DNA of 64,000 bases from an uncultured Pelagibacteraceae bacterium (GTDB lineage: Bacteria > Pseudomonadota > Alphaproteobacteria > Pelagibacterales > Pelagibacteraceae), in assembly GCA_902555185.1 (NCBI GenBank), contig CACDSA010000004.1, positions 93 through 64,092 on the forward strand. The letters are read 5' to 3'. Under the pieces are notes generated by a model. The model saw only the letters and a program-made list of their open reading frames with translations, searched no databases and was not told the origin of the DNA. This document shows positions 59,652-64,000 of this stretch, one piece after another (positions within the stretch are counted from its first letter, which is position 1; each line of letters begins with the position of its first letter). The position numbers and the translations under genes are program-made.

Positions 59652-60208
59652 ATTTGTATTATCTCTTTTTCTTTATCAGAAGAAATCTTTTCAATATTTT
59701 CTACATTAAGGTCAGTAAGTTTTTGTATTTCTTTTTCAAAATTTTTATTTTGATCCTCTGAAATAATTTTTTCTTTAAGTTTTTTTTTTAAATCTTCATT
59801 TGCTTCTCTACGAATATTTCTAATAGCAACCTTACTTTTTTCTCCCATGTTTTTTAAAACTTTAATAAGTTCCTTTCTTCTTTCTTCAGTCAAATCAGGT
59901 ATTCTTAATCGAATAATTTGGCCATCAATTTGAGGATTAATTCCAAGCTCAGACTTTAGTAAAGCTGCCTCAATTAATGAGGTATTAGATTTATCCCATA
60001 CTTGGATAGATATAAGTCTAGCTTCTGGAACGGTTACGGTTGCGAGTTGATCCACAGGCATTTGTTGCCCGTAAACATCAACCTTAATCGTATCTAACAT
60101 GCTAGTGTTTGCTCTGCCAGTTCTTAAAGTTGAGATATCTTTTTTAAAAGATTGAATACTTTTATCCATCTTAGATGAATAATGTTTTTCACTAAATTCG
60201 CTGCTCAC
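59648..60208 (-). CDS. frr: Ribosome recycling factor
   Basis: LRTGRAN, LGINP, LTEERRKEL, IRNIRR; GTG start. Confidence 0.97.
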   Translation of the reverse strand: MSSEFSEKHYSSKMDKSIQSFKKDISTLRTGRANTSMLDTIKVDVYGQQMPVDQLATVTVPEARLISIQVWDKSNTSLIEAALLKSELGINPQIDGQIIRLRIPDLTEERRKELIKVLKNMGEKSKVAIRNIRREANEDLKKKLKEKIISEDQNKNFEKEIQKLTDLNVENIEKISSDKEKEIIQI

Positions 60209-60210
60209 AA

Positions 60211-61077
60211 CTAAATCCCTTCACCAACTTTATATCTAACAAATTTTAAAACTTTAATTTCTTTCTCTAAACTATGCTCCTTTAAAATCTCTAGAACCTT
60301 TCTTTTTGGATCCATAATCCAAAGCTGACTAAGAAGTGAATTATCATTTAAAAATTTCGAAATTTTACCCTTAGAAATTTTCTCAATCATTTCCGCAGGC
60401 TTTCCAGAGTTAGAAATTTCTGCTTTTATAATTTCTAATTCTTTATCTACAATCTTTTTATCTATTCCATCCTTATCAATTGCTAAAGGACTTGAAGCAG
60501 CAATATGCATAGCAATTTTTGTTCCGATCCCTTCATTTTTTCCTTTCACTATACCTTCTAAATTCACAATAGAAACAATCTTTCCTATATTCTTTTCTAT
60601 AGCAGAATGTACGTAAGAAAAATTAATACCTTGAGAATTGTCAAAATAAACTGATCTTCTAATCGTTATTTTTTCACCAATTTTAGCAATTAAATTAAGT
60701 AAATTATCTTTAACTGAAATATCATTTTTCATTTTTAAACTATTTAATTTTTCTAAATCTCCTTTAGCTGAAAAATTCAAATCTGATAATTCCTTACAAA
60801 AATTTACAAAGTTTTCATTTTTTGCGACAAAATCAGTTTCGCTGTTGATTTCTATTAACGATATGTTTCCTTGGTCTTCTTTTACTAAAGCTAAACCTTC
60901 TGAGGCTGTTCTGCTCATTTTTTTTGAGGCTTTTGCTATTCCTTTTTTTCTGAGATATTCTATTGATTTATCAATATCCCCCTTAGTTTCGTCCAAGGCT
61001 AACTTACAATCTTTAAACCCTACCCCGGTCATTTCCCTAAGTTTCTTTATATTATCGAGTAAATTTTTTTCGGACAT
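60211..61077 (-). CDS. tsf: Elongation factor Ts
   Basis: LREMTG...CKLAL, EINSETDFVA, MHIAA. Confidence 0.98.
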   Translation of the reverse strand: MSEKNLLDNIKKLREMTGVGFKDCKLALDETKGDIDKSIEYLRKKGIAKASKKMSRTASEGLALVKEDQGNISLIEINSETDFVAKNENFVNFCKELSDLNFSAKGDLEKLNSLKMKNDISVKDNLLNLIAKIGEKITIRRSVYFDNSQGINFSYVHSAIEKNIGKIVSIVNLEGIVKGKNEGIGTKIAMHIAASSPLAIDKDGIDKKIVDKELEIIKAEISNSGKPAEMIEKISKGKISKFLNDNSLLSQLWIMDPKRKVLEILKEHSLEKEIKVLKFVRYKVGEGI

Positions 61078-61093
61078 TTTAAATTAAAAAAAA

Positions 61094-61837
61094 TTATTTT
61101 TGATTTTCTACAGGTTTTTTGTTTTTTTCTTCTTTAATTTCCTGGCCTTTGATAAATTTTTCTGCATCTTTGATAGTATTTTTTAAAAGTTCACAATAAA
61201 GATTGATAGATCTTCTAGCATCATCATTTCCCGGAATTGGAAAATCTATTCCAGTAGGATCTGAATTTGTATCTAGAACCGCAATAATTGGTATACCTAA
61301 TTTTTTTGCTTCAGCAACCGCTAAAGACTCTATATTAGTATCAATAATAAATATTAAGTCCGGTGTTTTCTTCATTTCTGCTATCCCTCCAAGAGATCTC
61401 TGTAATTTTTCTTTTTCTTTACCAAACTTCAAAATTTCTTTTTTAGTGAATCCTAAATTTTCCTTTGATAATTGATCTTCTAATTTCTTAAATCTTTTTA
61501 TTGAATTTTGTATTGTATTCCAATTCGTAAGCATCCCGCCTAACCAACGATAATTTACGTAATACTGACCAGTTTCTTTAGCAAGCTCACTAACTTGTTC
61601 CGATGCTTGTTTTTTTGTTGACACAACTAAAAGTTTACCTCCGCTCGAAATTACTTTGTGGACTTGCACAAGAGCGTTTTTTATAAATTCAACAGTTTGT
61701 GTTAAATCAATTATATGTATAGAGTTTTTCTCACCAAAAATGTACTTTTTCATTTTTGGATTCCACCTAAGGGTTTTGTGACCTAGGTGTACACCTGCTT
61801 CTAAGAGTTGTTTTATATCTACTTTTGGTACGTTCAT
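61094..61837 (-). CDS. rpsB: 30S ribosomal protein S2
   Basis: [30 protein letters not shown]; start trimmed to ATG 61837. Confidence 0.98.
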   Translation of the reverse strand: MNVPKVDIKQLLEAGVHLGHKTLRWNPKMKKYIFGEKNSIHIIDLTQTVEFIKNALVQVHKVISSGGKLLVVSTKKQASEQVSELAKETGQYYVNYRWLGGMLTNWNTIQNSIKRFKKLEDQLSKENLGFTKKEILKFGKEKEKLQRSLGGIAEMKKTPDLIFIIDTNIESLAVAEAKKLGIPIIAVLDTNSDPTGIDFPIPGNDDARRSINLYCELLKNTIKDAEKFIKGQEIKEEKNKKPVENQK

Positions 61838-61912
61838 AATTTTCCGGTTAATCCACCACAGTAAACCCAAACTAATGGACCGGTAGGGAAAAACCCTTAT
61901 AACTGTGTGCGA
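61838..61912 (-). ncRNA. rpsB (S2) leader cis-regulatory RNA
   Basis: Basal stem CACACAGU/ACUGUG(G)UG, internal AGGG-U5-CCCU hairpin, and CCGGU (61879-61883) complementary to ACCGG (61844-61848) near the start codon. Confidence 0.75.
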
Positions 61913-61954
61913 AATCACTACTGATATATACAATCAAAACAAAAAATCAACACT

Positions 61955-64000
61955 CTAAACAATTATTTTTGATACGTAATTCTTAGCTTTTAGAGCTTTA
62001 AAATGATTTAAATCAAATTTTCGATTATTTTGTAAAGAATAGCTGGCTTTTTTATTTTGATGTTTAAATATAAGATTTACCTCTGTCTCTCCGCTTTTAG
62101 ATAATATTTCCTTTATCTCATTCAAATCAAAGTTTTCTTTAAGCTCAATTATAACTCTAGAATAAGGTTTATCTATTACTTGATCTAAGCTCAATATCTT
62201 TTTAACGTTAACTCTTTTTTTTGGTGTTTCTCCAGTAATGTTGTCTTTTTGAAGAGTTAGTACAAATGACTCGGACTCCTTTAATTTATCTCTATTGTTT
62301 ACAAGCATCTCTGAGAACACAAATAATTCAAATTCACCTTTTTTGTCACTAAATTTTATGATTGCATACGGTGAACCTTTTGCACTTTTTTTTTCCTGAA
62401 TCGACATAATTGTTCCAGCGACTAGTGCTTCTTTTGACTCGTCATTATAGAACTGGTCATAGGAAACGATCTTTAATTGGTTAAAGATATCCGCATAGTC
62501 ATTTAGTGGATGATTTGACATATAAAATCCTAAAGATTTAAACTCTTCTGACAATAATTCTTTTTGCTTCCAAGGGGTTGATGGTAAAAATTCAAAACTA
62601 TCAGCATTGAAAATATTGTTTTCGAAAAGATTTGATTGATTGCTTACTTTGTCATCGTTAATATTTTTTATTTTTTGCAAAATTTTAGGTATAGAATTGA
62701 AAATCTTATTTCTGTCACTATCAAATTCGTCAAAAACACCTGCTTTAGTTAATCCTTCTAATTGTAATTTGTTCACATCTTTAGAATCTACTCTATTGAT
62801 AAAATCTATAAGAGATTTAAAAGTTCCTTTATCCTCTCTTTCCTTAATAATATTAGATATAGCCTCAAAACCCACATTTTTAATCGCACCCAAGCCATAA
62901 TAAATTTTTCCCTGAGTAGCTTTGAACTCGGCAAAACATTTATTGATGGATGGTCTTATGATATCAACTTTTAATCTTTTTAATTCTTCAACGAATTCCC
63001 TCAACTTAGAAGTATTTGTTAATTCAGTTGACATAGTGGCTGCGATGAAATCCTCTTTATAATATGTTTTTAAAAAAGCTGTTTGATATGCGATTAAAGC
63101 ATAAGCGGCGGCATGACTTTTATTAAAACCATATTGAGCAAATGGCTCAATTTTTGTAAAAACAAAATTTGCAACGTCTTTAGCAATGCCATTTTTTATT
63201 GCACCATTTATAAATCTTTCTTTTTGTTTATCCAACTCAGCTTTCTTTTTTTTTCCCATTGCTCTTCTTAAAATATCTGCCTCACTAGCAGTAAAACCTG
63301 CTAAAGTTTGGGCGATTTGCATTACTTGTTCTTGATAAATAATAATTCCATATGTGGGTTTCAAAATATCTTTTAATATTGGATGGATATAGTCAGGATC
63401 TCTTTTTCTATTTTTACAGTCGTTGTAAATTGGTATGTTGCTCATTGGACCAGGGCGGTATAAAGCTACAAGAGCGATAATGTCGTCAAATTTGTTAGGC
63501 TTCATTTGTCTAATAGCCTCTCTCATACCGGCACTTTCTAATTGAAATAACCCAGTTGTTTCCCCTGTAGATAACATTGAAAATACTTTTTCATCACTTT
63601 GATTGATTTTATTTATATCTAAATTTATATTTCTTTTTTTTAATCTTTTTAAAGTTTTATCAATTACACTTAAAGTTTTTAATCCTAATAAATCAAATTT
63701 AACTAATCCAGCATTTTCTGATGAATACATATCAAATTGGGTAGAAGGTAAAATAAGATTTGAGCTATGATCAATATAAAGCGGGAATTGTTCAGCTAAT
63801 TTTTCTCCAGCAATAACTACTCCTGCTGCATGTGTCGCCATGTTCCTATTTAAACCTTCTAACTTCAATGATAGTTCCAAAAGTTTTTTTACTTTTGGAT
63901 TGTTTTTAATTTCATCCTTAAATCTAGGTTCTCTATCTATAGATTCTTGAAGAGTTAATGGTCTAGATGGATCAAATGGAACCATTTTACAAAGTTTGTC
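61955..64000 (-). CDS. dnaE: DNA polymerase III alpha subunit (5'-truncated by window)
   Basis: HAAGVVI, KFDLLGLKTL, ALYRPGPM, YGFNKSHAAAY, GLGAIKNVG, OB fold. Confidence 0.98.
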   Translation of the reverse strand, partial: DKLCKMVPFDPSRPLTLQESIDREPRFKDEIKNNPKVKKLLELSLKLEGLNRNMATHAAGVVIAGEKLAEQFPLYIDHSSNLILPSTQFDMYSSENAGLVKFDLLGLKTLSVIDKTLKRLKKRNINLDINKINQSDEKVFSMLSTGETTGLFQLESAGMREAIRQMKPNKFDDIIALVALYRPGPMSNIPIYNDCKNRKRDPDYIHPILKDILKPTYGIIIYQEQVMQIAQTLAGFTASEADILRRAMGKKKKAELDKQKERFINGAIKNGIAKDVANFVFTKIEPFAQYGFNKSHAAAYALIAYQTAFLKTYYKEDFIAATMSTELTNTSKLREFVEELKRLKVDIIRPSINKCFAEFKATQGKIYYGLGAIKNVGFEAISNIIKEREDKGTFKSLIDFINRVDSKDVNKLQLEGLTKAGVFDEFDSDRNKIFNSIPKILQKIKNINDDKVSNQSNLFENNIFNADSFEFLPSTPWKQKELLSEEFKSLGFYMSNHPLNDYADIFNQLKIVSYDQFYNDESKEALVAGTIMSIQEKKSAKGSPYAIIKFSDKKGEFELFVFSEMLVNNRDKLKESESFVLTLQKDNITGETPKKRVNVKKILSLDQVIDKPYSRVIIELKENFDLNEIKEILSKSGETEVNLIFKHQNKKASYSLQNNRKFDLNHFKALKAKNYVSKIIV

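Overview
AT-rich (roughly 29-30% GC by eye), extremely gene-dense core chromosome of a streamlined marine alphaproteobacterium, most likely Pelagibacterales (SAR11). This is inferred from gene order, near-zero intergenic spacing and the crtIBY-blh retinal cassette. In order, the window holds: uvrC (5'-truncated), pgsA, a SAM methyltransferase, ilvE, MarR/OmpR/EnvZ, ubiK, lgt-midA-pgeF-prs-rplY-pth-ychF, petABC, trmL-hemF-greA, cca with tRNA-Gln(UUG), ispE, a TPR protein, udg-rnhB-ccrM, a flavin monooxygenase with mutY, a 15-gene run (dciA-dsbA-smc-F0 ATP synthase-crtIBY-blh-ispH-thrB-rnhA), prx-thrC-surf1 and the aa3 oxidase operon, rsmE, a small redox cluster, the lipid A/BAM/translation cluster, and dnaE (5'-truncated). 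I saw no mobile element, prophage, CRISPR array or defence island. The most interesting signals are: (1) a CcrM with Glu at the Gly40 position, apparent depletion of GAWTC but not GASTC, and two GAWTC sites in inverted repeats in its own leader; (2) an 814-aa SMC with intact heads but no visible hinge or hook; (3) a probable deletion or rearrangement junction at about 48.72 kb; (4) clean absence of pyrH and rseP from their canonical positions; and (5) an unannotated 37-aa membrane protein in the cox operon. All calls were made by eye without database searches.
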